Source of the DNA: a virus
Lineage: Duplodnaviria > Caudoviricetes
Reading direction: 5' to 3' (one strand)
Length of the DNA stretch: 51,492 nt
Virus record (IMG/VR): IMGVR_UViG_3300037851_000466
Coordinates: 1-51,492 of that record
Part shown: positions 1 to 8,099 of the stretch, one piece after another
How the letters are laid out: the number at the start of each line of letters is the position of its first letter
Position numbering within the stretch: position 1 is the first letter of the stretch
Notes under the pieces: model-generated
What the model saw: the letters and a program-made list of their open reading frames with translations, nothing else
Told to the model about the DNA's origin: nothing
Database searches by the model: none
Made by a program: the position numbers and the translations under genes

Positions 1-36
1 AAAGGGGGTAGGATTGATGTGTGAAAGGGGGGTGCC

Positions 37-438
37 ATGTACCGGAAAGAGTGGGCGGTGATCGTGGCGGCTCTGGGGGTACTCCTGCTGGTCTGCGCGG
101 CGATCATCTGGACGGGGGCGGCAAACGACCAACGCGCCCTCCGGGCGCGTTACGATGCGCTGCCCGAGTCGGAGGTCATCCTCGCCGAAAAGATCGTCCA
201 GGCGGCTCGGTAGGCAGGCGTGGTGTACCAGGTACTGAGGGTTCAGGGATCGCTCCGTGTCGAGCTTGGCGAGCCGTACCAGGGGTTGATGTGGGAGGAG
301 CGGCAGAAGCTGGCGATCGCACTCTCGGTGTACGGGTATCGCAGGCTCGGGACTGAGCCAGACTTCACCGCGCGGGACGCGCGGACCAACCGACGGGTGG
401 GTCACTTGATCGAGGGGCGCTGGTCAGAAGTCAGGTAG
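37..438 (+). pseudogene. Membrane-anchored hypothetical protein interrupted by an in-frame TAG (211-213)
   Basis: ATG at 37 encodes MYRKEWAVIVAALGVLLLVCAAII (TM segment). After the TAG the same frame continues into ORF 220-438. Confidence 0.5.
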
Positions 439-1899
439 GGACTCCTGCTCGTTGGCGATCCCGGCTCGCCAGTAGACGATGCGCTTGCCGTCCTTGAGGC
501 CCACAGCGCCGAGCTCCTCGAGGTAGCGCCTGGCGGTGCGCTCGCTGACCTTGGCGAGCCTGGCGATGTCCTCGGCGGTGCCGCCCGAGCGGTCGGAGGT
601 GAAGTTGAGCGCCTTTTCGACCTTCTCGCGGGTCTTGTCGGCGTGCTCCTCGGGCAGATCCGCGACCTCGAACCAGCCAGAGTTGGCCTCGCGCCGGATG
701 CCGATGGACTCAGGGGATGGCCCCAAGCGCGTCTTGGCGAACACGAGGCGCAAGCCCCCGGGGCGCTCGAGCAGCCCGATGACGTTGTCGGGGTCGTTGA
801 CGAGTCGGCCTGAGCCACGGACCGAGCGCAGGACGGACGAGCGGAGCCCTGAGTTCTTGTCGAGCTCGAGCTTGTTGACGTGGTGGAGCACGACGATGTG
901 GACCCCGGTGGCCGAGCGCAAAGCCGCACAGGTCTCCATGAACGGTGCGACCTCCTGGGAGATGTTCTCGTCGCCGTCGTGGAGGCCGTGAAGGGGATCC
1001 GCGACCATGAGCTTGATCTCGCGCGAGCGGATGATGTCCTCGACCTGATGGGCGATATCGGGATCGGTCAGGCGCGAGAATCCGGCGGGCATGATGAGGC
1101 AGTCGAGCATCCCGTTCATGGGCTCACGGAGCCGGTCGCGGATCGAAGCGGCCGACATCTCGAGCTCGAGCAGGAGCCCGCGCGCCTGACGGGTCTCGCG
1201 GCCGAGGAACGGCCGGCCGAGGGCTACCGCGCGGAGCATCTGAAGCCCGAGCCAGGTCTTGCCGAGCCCCGACTGGCCCACCAGGAGCGTCATGCCACCT
1301 TCGACGATGAAGGGGTGTGCTTCGGAGGTTGCCGAGGGCCAGCCGCGGATCAAGTCGGGGGCGACGGTGAGCTCGGCGCTGAACAGCTGCTCGTCATTCA
1401 TGAGTTGATCGGCGAGGGTCGGGGGGTGCTCGGCGACGTCGAGCCGGTGGACGCGCTCGATGGCGAGGCGGGCATCGCGCAGGATGGGCTCGAGGGCGCC
1501 GCCGGCTTCGATCGAGCGGGCGAGGGTGAGCCCCATGGCGCGCGCCTCGCGGCGTGAGTGCGCTTCGCGCACCTGGCGTGCGCGCTGGCGCACGGTGCCG
1601 CCGTAGACGCGATCGTTGATGATCTGGCCGAGTCCATGGATGCCGCCGAGGGACTCCATGTGGCCGAGGCGCCGGAGTTCGGCGGCGACGGCCAGGAGCT
1701 CGGCGCGGATGCCGCGCTCCTCGAGGGCGACGATGGCGGTAAAGAGGCGCTGGTGTCCGACGTAGTAGAAGCTCTCGGCCGAGAGTTCGGCGCGGGCGTC
1801 AGCAACGGCGGCGGGGTCCTCGATCATCGCACCGAGGACCGAGCGCTCGGCAAGGCGTGTCTCGATGGCGAAGGTGTCGTCGGGTGGTTTGGGGGTCAT
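424..1899 (-). CDS. DnaB N-terminal domain + AAA_25 (RepA-like) helicase with C-terminal HTH
   Basis: N-terminal AERSVLGAM...SFYYVGHQRLFTAI; Walker A GQSGLGKT; LMVADP; VLHHVNK; RGSG; C-terminal AEDIARLAKVSERTARRYLEEL. Confidence 0.85.
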   Translation of the reverse strand: MTPKPPDDTFAIETRLAERSVLGAMIEDPAAVADARAELSAESFYYVGHQRLFTAIVALEERGIRAELLAVAAELRRLGHMESLGGIHGLGQIINDRVYGGTVRQRARQVREAHSRREARAMGLTLARSIEAGGALEPILRDARLAIERVHRLDVAEHPPTLADQLMNDEQLFSAELTVAPDLIRGWPSATSEAHPFIVEGGMTLLVGQSGLGKTWLGLQMLRAVALGRPFLGRETRQARGLLLELEMSAASIRDRLREPMNGMLDCLIMPAGFSRLTDPDIAHQVEDIIRSREIKLMVADPLHGLHDGDENISQEVAPFMETCAALRSATGVHIVVLHHVNKLELDKNSGLRSSVLRSVRGSGRLVNDPDNVIGLLERPGGLRLVFAKTRLGPSPESIGIRREANSGWFEVADLPEEHADKTREKVEKALNFTSDRSGGTAEDIARLAKVSERTARRYLEELGAVGLKDGKRIVYWRAGIANEQESLPDF

Positions 1900-1905
1900 G
1901 CGGTA

Positions 1906-2262
1906 TCAGCGCTCGGCATCGAGTGCCTCCCCCAACTTGGCGAGTGCGAGGATGGAGAAGAAGTCGTGGGGGCGCAGCACGATGAGGAACGGCAGCCGGT
2001 TCTTGCGGATCAACCCTACGGGGATCTGTCCGTGGGGGATGCTGTCGCTGGCCTCGTTGATGGCGGTCCATGGGGACTCGCGCTGCGAGTTCTTGACCTG
2101 GACGCGGAAGCACCCGGTGCCATCGAGATCGCGCCCGCGGTCGCCCTGGGACTCCTCGCCGGTAGCTCGGCGGCGTGCGCGGGGGAAGAGGCCGGAGGCG
2201 CGGAAGAGCTCAGCGGCCTCGCGCTCGGCGGATGCGCCCTTCTCGCGCTGCATCTTGCTCAT
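1906..2262 (-). CDS. Holliday junction resolvase-like PD-(D/E)XK nuclease
   Basis: QREKGASAERE start, GRDL, VQVKN motif; ATG overlaps the upstream stop. Confidence 0.75.
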   Translation of the reverse strand: MSKMQREKGASAEREAAELFRASGLFPRARRRATGEESQGDRGRDLDGTGCFRVQVKNSQRESPWTAINEASDSIPHGQIPVGLIRKNRLPFLIVLRPHDFFSILALAKLGEALDAER

Positions 2263-2666
2263 CCTCTCCTCCCCCATCGCCGCGCGGCGCCCTTGCGCGC
2301 CTTGTCGCCCATACGGCCGAAGGCGAAGTGCCGCTCGGCGGCCGAAGCGGCCTTACGGGCGTTGGCGCGACTGCCCGAGGCGCGCATCTGCTGGAAGGTC
2401 TTGAGGTCGGCGCCGGTAGAACCCGCCGGAACGACACGGGGGACGAGGCAGGCGCCATCGGGCGCGTGGCGGTAGCGGCAGGTGGGGCAGGCTTCGGCGA
2501 GTTGGTGTTCCTGCTCGGCTTTCATCTCGCGAACGACGTGGCCGATGGTGGAGTCGGAGATGCGCTGCATCTCTGGGGAGGCTTCGCGGATCTCGATCCT
2601 GCCATCGTGGAGCCGCATGAGTGTGCCGGGGCGGCGGTTGAGCACGGTCTGGGATGGCAGCGGCAT
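2259..2666 (-). CDS. Hypothetical protein with CxxC and basic C-terminus (KGAARRW)
   Basis: ORF with start/stop overlaps to both neighbours. Confidence 0.6.
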   Translation of the reverse strand: MPLPSQTVLNRRPGTLMRLHDGRIEIREASPEMQRISDSTIGHVVREMKAEQEHQLAEACPTCRYRHAPDGACLVPRVVPAGSTGADLKTFQQMRASGSRANARKAASAAERHFAFGRMGDKARKGAARRWGRRG

Positions 2667-2815
2667 CAGTGCGGGTCCTCGAAGCACGCCGGGAGCGAGC
2701 GGTGTGCGGCGTAGCGGGTGGCGGCGAGGAGAGCCAGGGGGACGAGGTAGGGGCTACGCCAGTCGAGCCACTTCAAGTGCGCCTCCTTGCGCGGGTGAGC
2801 CCATCCGTGGGCGGT

Positions 2816-2935
2816 CTAAAGACCAAGGCAGCCGATGGCGAGTGCGGGCAGGACGAAGCCGATCAAGAGGATCAGGACGATGGCGGCGAGGGCGATGTTC
2901 TCGATCAGCTCGCGGTCAGGCGGTCTGCTTGTCAT
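2816..2935 (-). CDS. Small membrane protein (39 aa)
   Basis: Manual translation MTSRPPDRELIENIALAAIVLILLIGFVLPALAIGCLGL. Confidence 0.45.
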   Translation of the reverse strand: MTSRPPDRELIENIALAAIVLILLIGFVLPALAIGCLGL

Positions 2936-3122
2936 CGTCAGCTTCCATGCTGAGCAGCTGGTCCAGGAGCGTGGTGCGGCACTCGTGGCAGACGAACACG
3001 ACGTAGGACACTGGGACCGCCGCGCTGTTGTCGTAGCGCGCGAGAGCGGTGGCGCCTGGGCGTTGGCCGCAGAAGTCGCAGAGGTCCTTGAACGGGTTTC
3101 GGGTGATGTGGAGATGCTTCAC
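2916..3122 (-). CDS. Small zinc-finger protein
   Basis: CDFC...CHEC; GGAGGAGG RBS before GTG at 3122. Confidence 0.65.
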   Translation of the reverse strand: MKHLHITRNPFKDLCDFCGQRPGATALARYDNSAAVPVSYVVFVCHECRTTLLDQLLSMEADDDKQTA

Positions 3123-3207
3123 GCCGTACACCTCCTCCACGCGAGCGCGATCTGGCGCGCCCAAACGCGCGGGAACGCGCGCTGGCAGAGCGGATGGGCG
3201 CAGGTGG

Positions 3208-3435
3208 TCATGGTGCCACGCTCATGCCGTACCAGCGGCCCGGCATGGTGTCCACTACCACGCTGCCGTCGCTCATGAGGCGGGCGACGAACGTGCGCTC
3301 GTTCATGAAGTCCACGTCGTACAGCACGGCGTGGACGGTGCGCTCGGGTCTCGGGGCGCATCCGCCCACCACCGCCAAGCCGACGACGACGTTGGCGACG
3401 AGCCACGCGGCGGCGAACAGCAGCGCCCGCCTCAT
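3208..3435 (-). CDS. Small membrane protein or lipoprotein
   Basis: MRRALLFAAAWLVANVVVGLAVVGGC; overlaps neighbours. Confidence 0.55.
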   Translation of the reverse strand: MRRALLFAAAWLVANVVVGLAVVGGCAPRPERTVHAVLYDVDFMNERTFVARLMSDGSVVVDTMPGRWYGMSVAP

Positions 3436-3508
3436 GGCTTGATACGCTCCATTGCGCGAATAGCGCGCCACGGAATGTTGAGCATAAGCGCCTCCAGCCG
3501 GACACCTT

Positions 3509-3724
3509 TCACTTGTCCTCCAACTCGGCCACGATGCGGTCAACCTCTGCGTCCGTGTAGTTCAAGAACCTGCGCTCCATCGCGGCCATCGCACCGTCCT
3601 TCAGCCCGCGCCTGTAAGCGGCCGCGATGGCGCGGTCGATGTAGAACGTCATCGGCTTTGCGGCTTCCACGCCGTTCGTCGCAACGTCCTCGTCCCACTC
3701 GTGCAGTGGCGACACCGTTCTCAT
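3509..3724 (-). CDS. Hypothetical protein (allele A of the gene split by the repeat boundary)
   Basis: ATG overlaps the upstream TGA; first 36 aa identical to 50794-51063. Confidence 0.65.
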   Translation of the reverse strand: MRTVSPLHEWDEDVATNGVEAAKPMTFYIDRAIAAAYRRGLKDGAMAAMERRFLNYTDAEVDRIVAELEDK

Positions 3725-4153
3725 GGCTTCGCCCCCTCCACAAACTTCCCGCAGCCAGCACAATAGGTGCCGCTGGTGGTGGTGTAGGTGTTGATGTGCG
3801 GGCACGGCGTCACGCTGTCGGTGTAACTGGCAAGCGCAACCGCGCCCCCATTGCAGCGACCACAGGACGGCATGAACGGTGCCCACACAGCACCGCACTT
3901 CGGACACACCCACCCCTCGCTCATCGTGGCGGCCCCCATATGGCGCGGTAAACGGTGTCAGCCTTGAACACCGGCTGGTACCCCGATAACCTCACGGTGT
4001 CCCTCCCTAGCACGATGACGCGGCGGACGGTGTCGCCGTCGCGCACGTTCTCGACGAGGCGTGGGTACTCGGGCCTAGGCGTGCAGCACAGAAACAGTAG
4101 GCACGCGGCGACAGTCACTCCGGCCATGAAATACAACAGGCCGAATGTCAGCG
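3618..4153 (+). repeat. 536-bp direct repeat, copy 1
   Basis: GCGGCCGCGATGG...GAATGTCAGCG matches 50957-51492; the ORFs inside translate identically. Confidence 0.95.
3721..3924 (-). CDS. Zinc-ribbon protein
   Basis: GWVCPKCGAVWAP...CGRC, second CPH...CAGC cluster. Confidence 0.7.
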   Translation of the reverse strand: MSEGWVCPKCGAVWAPFMPSCGRCNGGAVALASYTDSVTPCPHINTYTTTSGTYCAGCGKFVEGAKP

Positions 4154-4184
4154 CAGCAGACACTCCTCCATTATTGCCACTCAT
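3921..4184 (-). CDS. Small membrane protein
   Basis: Hydrophobic N-terminal helix; ATGA overlaps on both sides. Confidence 0.6.
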   Translation of the reverse strand: MSGNNGGVSAALTFGLLYFMAGVTVAACLLFLCCTPRPEYPRLVENVRDGDTVRRVIVLGRDTVRLSGYQPVFKADTVYRAIWGPPR

Positions 4185-4798
4185 GGCTCCACCTCCGGCG
4201 TCGGAATCTGCTGCCGCACGAGGTCAGCCATCTCGCGCATGGCGGCGGCACTTGCGGCACTCGCCATCCTCGCGGCCCACGCGGCGCGCGCGCCGCTCGC
4301 GGCGCACGCGGCACTCGCGTCGCTCGCGTCGCTCGCGGCCCACGCGGCGCACGCGGCACTCGCGTCGCTCGCGTCGCTCGCGGCCCACGCGGCACTCGCG
4401 GCCCACGCGGCCCTCGCGGCACTCGCGTCGCTCGCGTCGCTCGCGGCCCACGCGGCACTCGCGGCCCACGCGGCCCACGCGGCGCACTTGGCACTCGACA
4501 TCTCCTCCTCGGTGGCCTCGCCGCGAGCGTATCGCTCAGCCGCTTCGAGGGCCCGCAACGGGCGCTCCTCGCCAGCGGGAACGTAGCGCAAGGCCGTGCG
4601 AGCGCAGGCGCACGCCGCCAAGCGCAGGCGCGCGGAATAGCGGCCGTCCAAATGCGCGACGAGCCAGAGCATCCAATCGGCACGCTCGCAGGCGCCCCAG
4701 GCCTCTTGCAGCGTGGCGTAGGGCCGTGCCCACCCAACAGCCTCAGTGCATGCGCCCATGCGGCGCAGGCGCGTGGTGAGCTTCAAGGTGCGGGGCAT
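4181..4798 (-). CDS. Imm5-like helical protein with Ala-rich repeat tract
   Basis: DWMLWL...LAACACARTAL...EERPLRALEAAERYARGEAT followed by AAW/SDA repeats; AGGAGG RBS. Confidence 0.7.
   Translation of the reverse strand: MPRTLKLTTRLRRMGACTEAVGWARPYATLQEAWGACERADWMLWLVAHLDGRYSARLRLAACACARTALRYVPAGEERPLRALEAAERYARGEATEEEMSSAKCAAWAAWAASAAWAASDASDASAARAAWAASAAWAASDASDASAACAAWAASDASDASAACAASGARAAWAARMASAASAAAMREMADLVRQQIPTPEVEP
4265..4490. repeat. Coding tandem array of 9-bp units (CGCGGCCCA / CGCGGCACT / CGCGTCGCT)
   Basis: Directly visible; encodes AAWAASAAWAASDASDASA. Confidence 0.9.
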
Positions 4799-4806
4799 GT
4801 GTCCTC

Positions 4807-4941
4807 CTACCAATCGGCAGTGTGGTAAAAAGTGGGGCCGGATTTGATGAAGTTACCTTTGTCAGAATAGAGGGTGAAAAGGAAGACAGCGTTGATGCGA
4901 TAGTCGCTATATTCACCACTGGTTACGATGTAGGCTTTCAT
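4807..4941 (-). CDS. Small phage protein (44 aa, YIVTSGEYSDYRI motif)
   Basis: Manual translation; AAGGAG RBS; motif resembles a common small phage protein N-terminus. Confidence 0.6.
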   Translation of the reverse strand: MKAYIVTSGEYSDYRINAVFLFTLYSDKGNFIKSGPTFYHTADW

Positions 4942-4956
4942 TTGCTCTCCTTCTGT

Positions 4957-5403
4957 TTAATGCTTCGGCCGTCCTTTGTGACGAGCCGCTTTGTCTTTCG
5001 CGGGAGCCAATGGGGGATGGGCTTTTTGAATGTGCGAGGGCAGCGCTCCGTTAGATGCTCGCCATTGCATACTGAGCATGACATGCCAATGATTGTCCTT
5101 TCCTAGGTATTTGACGTGCAGTTTGCAGGCGTCAATGAGGGCTTGGCAGTGGGGGCAGGGCTTCGCTTCAACGAGATTGCCGGATTTCCGACGCTTGCCT
5201 GCGATGAAGATGAAGCTGCCGGGCAAGCGGCGGGGGTTGGCTCGGCCGATGGCATGGGCTTCGGCGTGGATATAGCCGTGGTTCCAGCCCCACGAGACAA
5301 ACCTATCATGTTTGTCAATGATAACGGCCGCCATTTGCACGTTCAAACGGCTGCGGCGCAGGAGGTCAAGGGCAAGTGTCTCTGGGCTGTTGGGTTTTCG
5401 CAT
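4957..5403 (-). CDS. Zinc-dependent cytidine/dCMP deaminase-superfamily protein
   Basis: GWN...HAE...PCPHC motifs. Confidence 0.85.
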   Translation of the reverse strand: MRKPNSPETLALDLLRRSRLNVQMAAVIIDKHDRFVSWGWNHGYIHAEAHAIGRANPRRLPGSFIFIAGKRRKSGNLVEAKPCPHCQALIDACKLHVKYLGKDNHWHVMLSMQWRASNGALPSHIQKAHPPLAPAKDKAARHKGRPKH

Positions 5404-5483
5404 GTTGGTTTCTCGCTTAGATGCTCTAAAATCGAAAACGGTTCCGACAATTTCTACCAGAAACGAAACGCGAGAGTCGGGGG

Positions 5484-5557
5484 TAACGACATGGGGGACA
5501 AGGGTTTAGGAGGGAAATGGGGGGTAATGGGCTAAGGCGTTGGGGGACAACGAATTA
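5484..5557. promoter_or_regulatory. Two copies of a 25-bp quasi-palindromic motif yAA-N4-nTG-GGGGA-yAA-N4-TTA
   Basis: 5484-5508 and 5533-5557; third copy at 9651-9675. Confidence 0.5.
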
Positions 5558-5752
5558 GATATAGAGACTCGCCTTATATATACTCTCTCTAATACACCCC
5601 TCTCTACTCCCCCACACCCCCCACTCAAAGAGTGGGGGTGATGGGTAGAGTACGATGCTTACTCGCTTCCGTCTCGCATAACGAAGGTGGTCTTAAAGGC
5701 CTGTGTCTCTTCCCAACGGAGATAGCTAAGGTCGGTGTGGATAGTCGGGTCG

Positions 5753-5935
5753 TCAGAAGTGAAGTTCATCTGTCCCTCCAATGAAGGGATAGCTACTGGC
5801 GCATCCAAGGCAAAGGTTCATCTGGAACTCTGCGGTCGCAACCTTATCGAGGTCGGCAATGTTCCATGGGTGGTGGCAGCCAGCGCAGATGAATCCGTTG
5901 GGAAGGATGTCCTCAAGAATACTTTCCCTGTTCAT
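5753..5935 (-). CDS. Small zinc-finger protein
   Basis: CAGC...CLGC; GGAGG RBS. Confidence 0.6.
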   Translation of the reverse strand: MNRESILEDILPNGFICAGCHHPWNIADLDKVATAEFQMNLCLGCASSYPFIGGTDELHF

Positions 5936-6149
5936 ACTTCCTCCGGGCCTTGTAGAGGTTGTCCGCGCAGCGATAGATGACATGGTGCTGTTTCTTACGA
6001 AGGGGGATGAATGGGTGTCCCTGATTCTCCTTCATGCTTTGGGTGACAACTCGGGCGAGAGCGCGGGTAATGGCCTCATAGCCATGTTCCCTTGTCAACT
6101 CTTTAATGGTGGTAATGAGAGCGGGGCTAGGGCGCGCGTTGAGTCTCAT
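5913..6149 (-). CDS. Hypothetical early protein
   Basis: GAGGA RBS, overlapping gene chain. Confidence 0.6.
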   Translation of the reverse strand: MRLNARPSPALITTIKELTREHGYEAITRALARVVTQSMKENQGHPFIPLRKKQHHVIYRCADNLYKARRKYEQGKYS

Positions 6150-6340
6150 GGGTTATCCTCTCTATCGATGATGCTGTCGGCGTAAATCATGAGGTTGGTT
6201 AGGGTGGGGATAATCTGCTCCGTCACCAGCTTGCTCTTGTCCTCGACGTAGAAGTCACGTTCGAGGGTCATGAGATTGCTTGCGAGCATGTGGGCAAGCC
6301 AGAGAGCATGCCTCAGACTAGTTACGGCTTGGGCCTTCAT
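6146..6340 (-). CDS. Hypothetical early protein
   Basis: AAGGA RBS, overlapping gene chain. Confidence 0.6.
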   Translation of the reverse strand: MKAQAVTSLRHALWLAHMLASNLMTLERDFYVEDKSKLVTEQIIPTLTNLMIYADSIIDREDNP

Positions 6341-6566
6341 TGGGAAAGCGTTCCTTTCTATTCCTAAGGTGGAAAACGGTGCTATTCAAGTCCTTCTGCC
6401 ATTCAATGAATGCAATGTCTTTGGGGGAAAAGTTGGTAAAGTCAATGGTCAGGGTGCCGTCTTCATTGGCACACTTCTCAATGAGGAAGGCTGCAACAAA
6501 GGGGAACAGCATGGCAGCAACCTCATCGTTAAAACCGATGTATGACCATGATGCCTTATCGGGCAC
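6318..6566 (-). CDS. Hypothetical early protein
   Basis: AAGGAG RBS before GTG. Confidence 0.6.
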   Translation of the reverse strand: MPDKASWSYIGFNDEVAAMLFPFVAAFLIEKCANEDGTLTIDFTNFSPKDIAFIEWQKDLNSTVFHLRNRKERFPNEGPSRN

Positions 6567-6758
6567 GACCAGACTCCTTGATTTCTAGGGTGATTAGGTT
6601 AACAACATGCCACCAATCCCAACCTTGCAGTTTACCGGCCATGATATCGGCGTTGATATCCTCCATGGTTTCATAGGCACCGAGATAATCATTCCACCCG
6701 CAGGATAATAGGTGTCCCCGGCGAAGAGTGCATAGTTCGCTTGCAATTCTTTGTTCAT
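6556..6758 (-). pseudogene. Frameshifted small phage protein (YALFAGDTYYP..WND...DWWHVV type)
   Basis: N-terminal half is in one frame; WNDYLGAYET...WDWWHVVN is in another, with the shift near 6695-6700. Confidence 0.6.
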
Positions 6759-7453
6759 GAGAGTTTCCGGATGAAATTGGTTTCGTCTTTCATGCCGTCG
6801 CCCTTGACTCTAAGGCCAACGACACGGGGTTGAGGGTCAAGAAAGCGGAGGTCATGGATGTCGCCATCAATAACCTTGTGGCCTAGATAATAATCGGGCA
6901 GGGGTTCATCGTGGCCTAGCATGAAAGGCACGGCGACGTTGGAGCCCTTAGCCAATAGGCGATTGGCAGTCTCCTCATTCTTCTCTGACAGCGAGAAAGT
7001 TAGATGCCACCATGGCGGGAGCATCTTGCCGTAGCCATGGACCTTGGTATAGTCATAGAAGGTAACACCCTGTTCCTTCCACATGTTGAACAACGAGGTG
7101 CAATATATGTAGAAGGGGATGTCACTTGTTCCATTCAAGCGGACGGCCAGCTTCAATGCTTTCTTCTCGGCTTGGGCGGCCAGCAATTGGATATCGTTAT
7201 TCAACATGTCAAGGAAGAGGCTCTTGTCGGTGTGCCAGAGCTTTGTCTTGCGGATGCGGGCAGCTTGCACGTTGCTATGCCGCCCCCGCCCAGACGTGTA
7301 AAGGCAACTGGCGCGGCATCCGGGGGTGGATGAAGGGCATACGCTGGGGCCGCCTGCAATGGTGTGGGGGGCAAGGTAGAGGATTGCATTCAGGTAGCCG
7401 AATGCCTCTGCCTTCACTGTCTTTACGCTAGCGGTTGTTAGAAGTTGGGGCAT
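6755..7453 (-). CDS. GP88-like protein (Cys-motif, radical-SAM-related fold)
   Basis: CPSSTPGCRASC, RLNGTSD, FYDYTK, HLTFSLSE, DGDIHDLRFLD...VGLRVKG. Confidence 0.8.
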   Translation of the reverse strand: MPQLLTTASVKTVKAEAFGYLNAILYLAPHTIAGGPSVCPSSTPGCRASCLYTSGRGRHSNVQAARIRKTKLWHTDKSLFLDMLNNDIQLLAAQAEKKALKLAVRLNGTSDIPFYIYCTSLFNMWKEQGVTFYDYTKVHGYGKMLPPWWHLTFSLSEKNEETANRLLAKGSNVAVPFMLGHDEPLPDYYLGHKVIDGDIHDLRFLDPQPRVVGLRVKGDGMKDETNFIRKLS

Positions 7454-7607
7454 ACTTTCCTCCGATGAGAAAGAGGCAACTTAGACAGAGGGTGAGGCGA
7501 GCGACGATTTCTACGGGGGGCGTTGGGGTTGAGCGTGCCCGGGGGGTCAGGGACGGTCAGGTTCAAATCGTGGAGGGTTTTTTCCTTATGGCATAAGAGG
7601 CAGCGTT

Positions 7608-7817
7608 TCATGACAGACGCTCGTGTTCAAGGTAGATGCGGGTGCCGACCGCGGTGGGCGTAATTTTGAGGGGGTAGCCGCCGCAAAGGAGGGCATAGTT
7701 CTGGTTCTCATCTGGGAGCCAGAGTTCAAGAAGGATGCCTTTAATCCAGATTTGCACGCTCTCAATATCTTCCTCGCCGTCGGGGCGGGTGGCAATACTG
7801 ACTTCACTGCGCTTCAT
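7608..7817 (-). CDS. Hypothetical early protein
   Basis: AAGGAGG RBS. Confidence 0.6.
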   Translation of the reverse strand: MKRSEVSIATRPDGEEDIESVQIWIKGILLELWLPDENQNYALLCGGYPLKITPTAVGTRIYLEHERLS

Positions 7818-8097
7818 TGGTTTCCTCCTTGATGCAGGTGTCGTGGATGAATTGGGTGAGATAGGTATCGCCGTAGTCAAAGGAGCCCATTGTCAGGGGG
7901 GAGATGACGGCGCAGAATGCAGAGGCGTAGGGGTTGATGCGGGCGGTTTCAAGCATGGGCTTGTTCTTCCCATGGTTGCGCTTGAGAACATAGGTTGTCC
8001 AGCCGGAGTCGTTACGATAGACGGCGAGGGCGAGGGAGAAGCGCTCGGCGTCGTTGGTTGCGTTCATAAACTTTCGGATTCTAGTGGTGGGCTTCAT
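7804..8097 (-). CDS. Hypothetical early protein
   Basis: GAGG RBS, gene chain. Confidence 0.6.
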   Translation of the reverse strand: MKPTTRIRKFMNATNDAERFSLALAVYRNDSGWTTYVLKRNHGKNKPMLETARINPYASAFCAVISPLTMGSFDYGDTYLTQFIHDTCIKEETNEAQ

Positions 8098-8099
8098 GG

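Larger units (their letters stand above)
1..3617. mobile_element. Fragment of a second, GC-richer phage/prophage replication-early region
   Basis: Visibly higher GC than 4.8-50.9 kb. Has its own DnaB-N/AAA helicase and resolvase, plus a chain of small overlapping minus-strand genes. Confidence 0.65.

Noticed and set aside
3618-4153. DGR template/variable repeat pair or phage attL/attR
   Set aside because: Copies look identical with no adenine-specific mismatches, no reverse transcriptase or integrase is seen, and copy 2 is cut by the window end.
4265-4490. Possible CRISPR array or non-coding repeat
   Set aside because: Units are 9 bp, contiguous, in frame and have no unique spacers; no cas operon.
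536-4828. Long + strand ORFs (e.g. 1558-2475, 3049-3951, 3955-4779)
   Set aside because: Antisense shadows of minus-strand genes in high-GC DNA, with no motifs or RBS.
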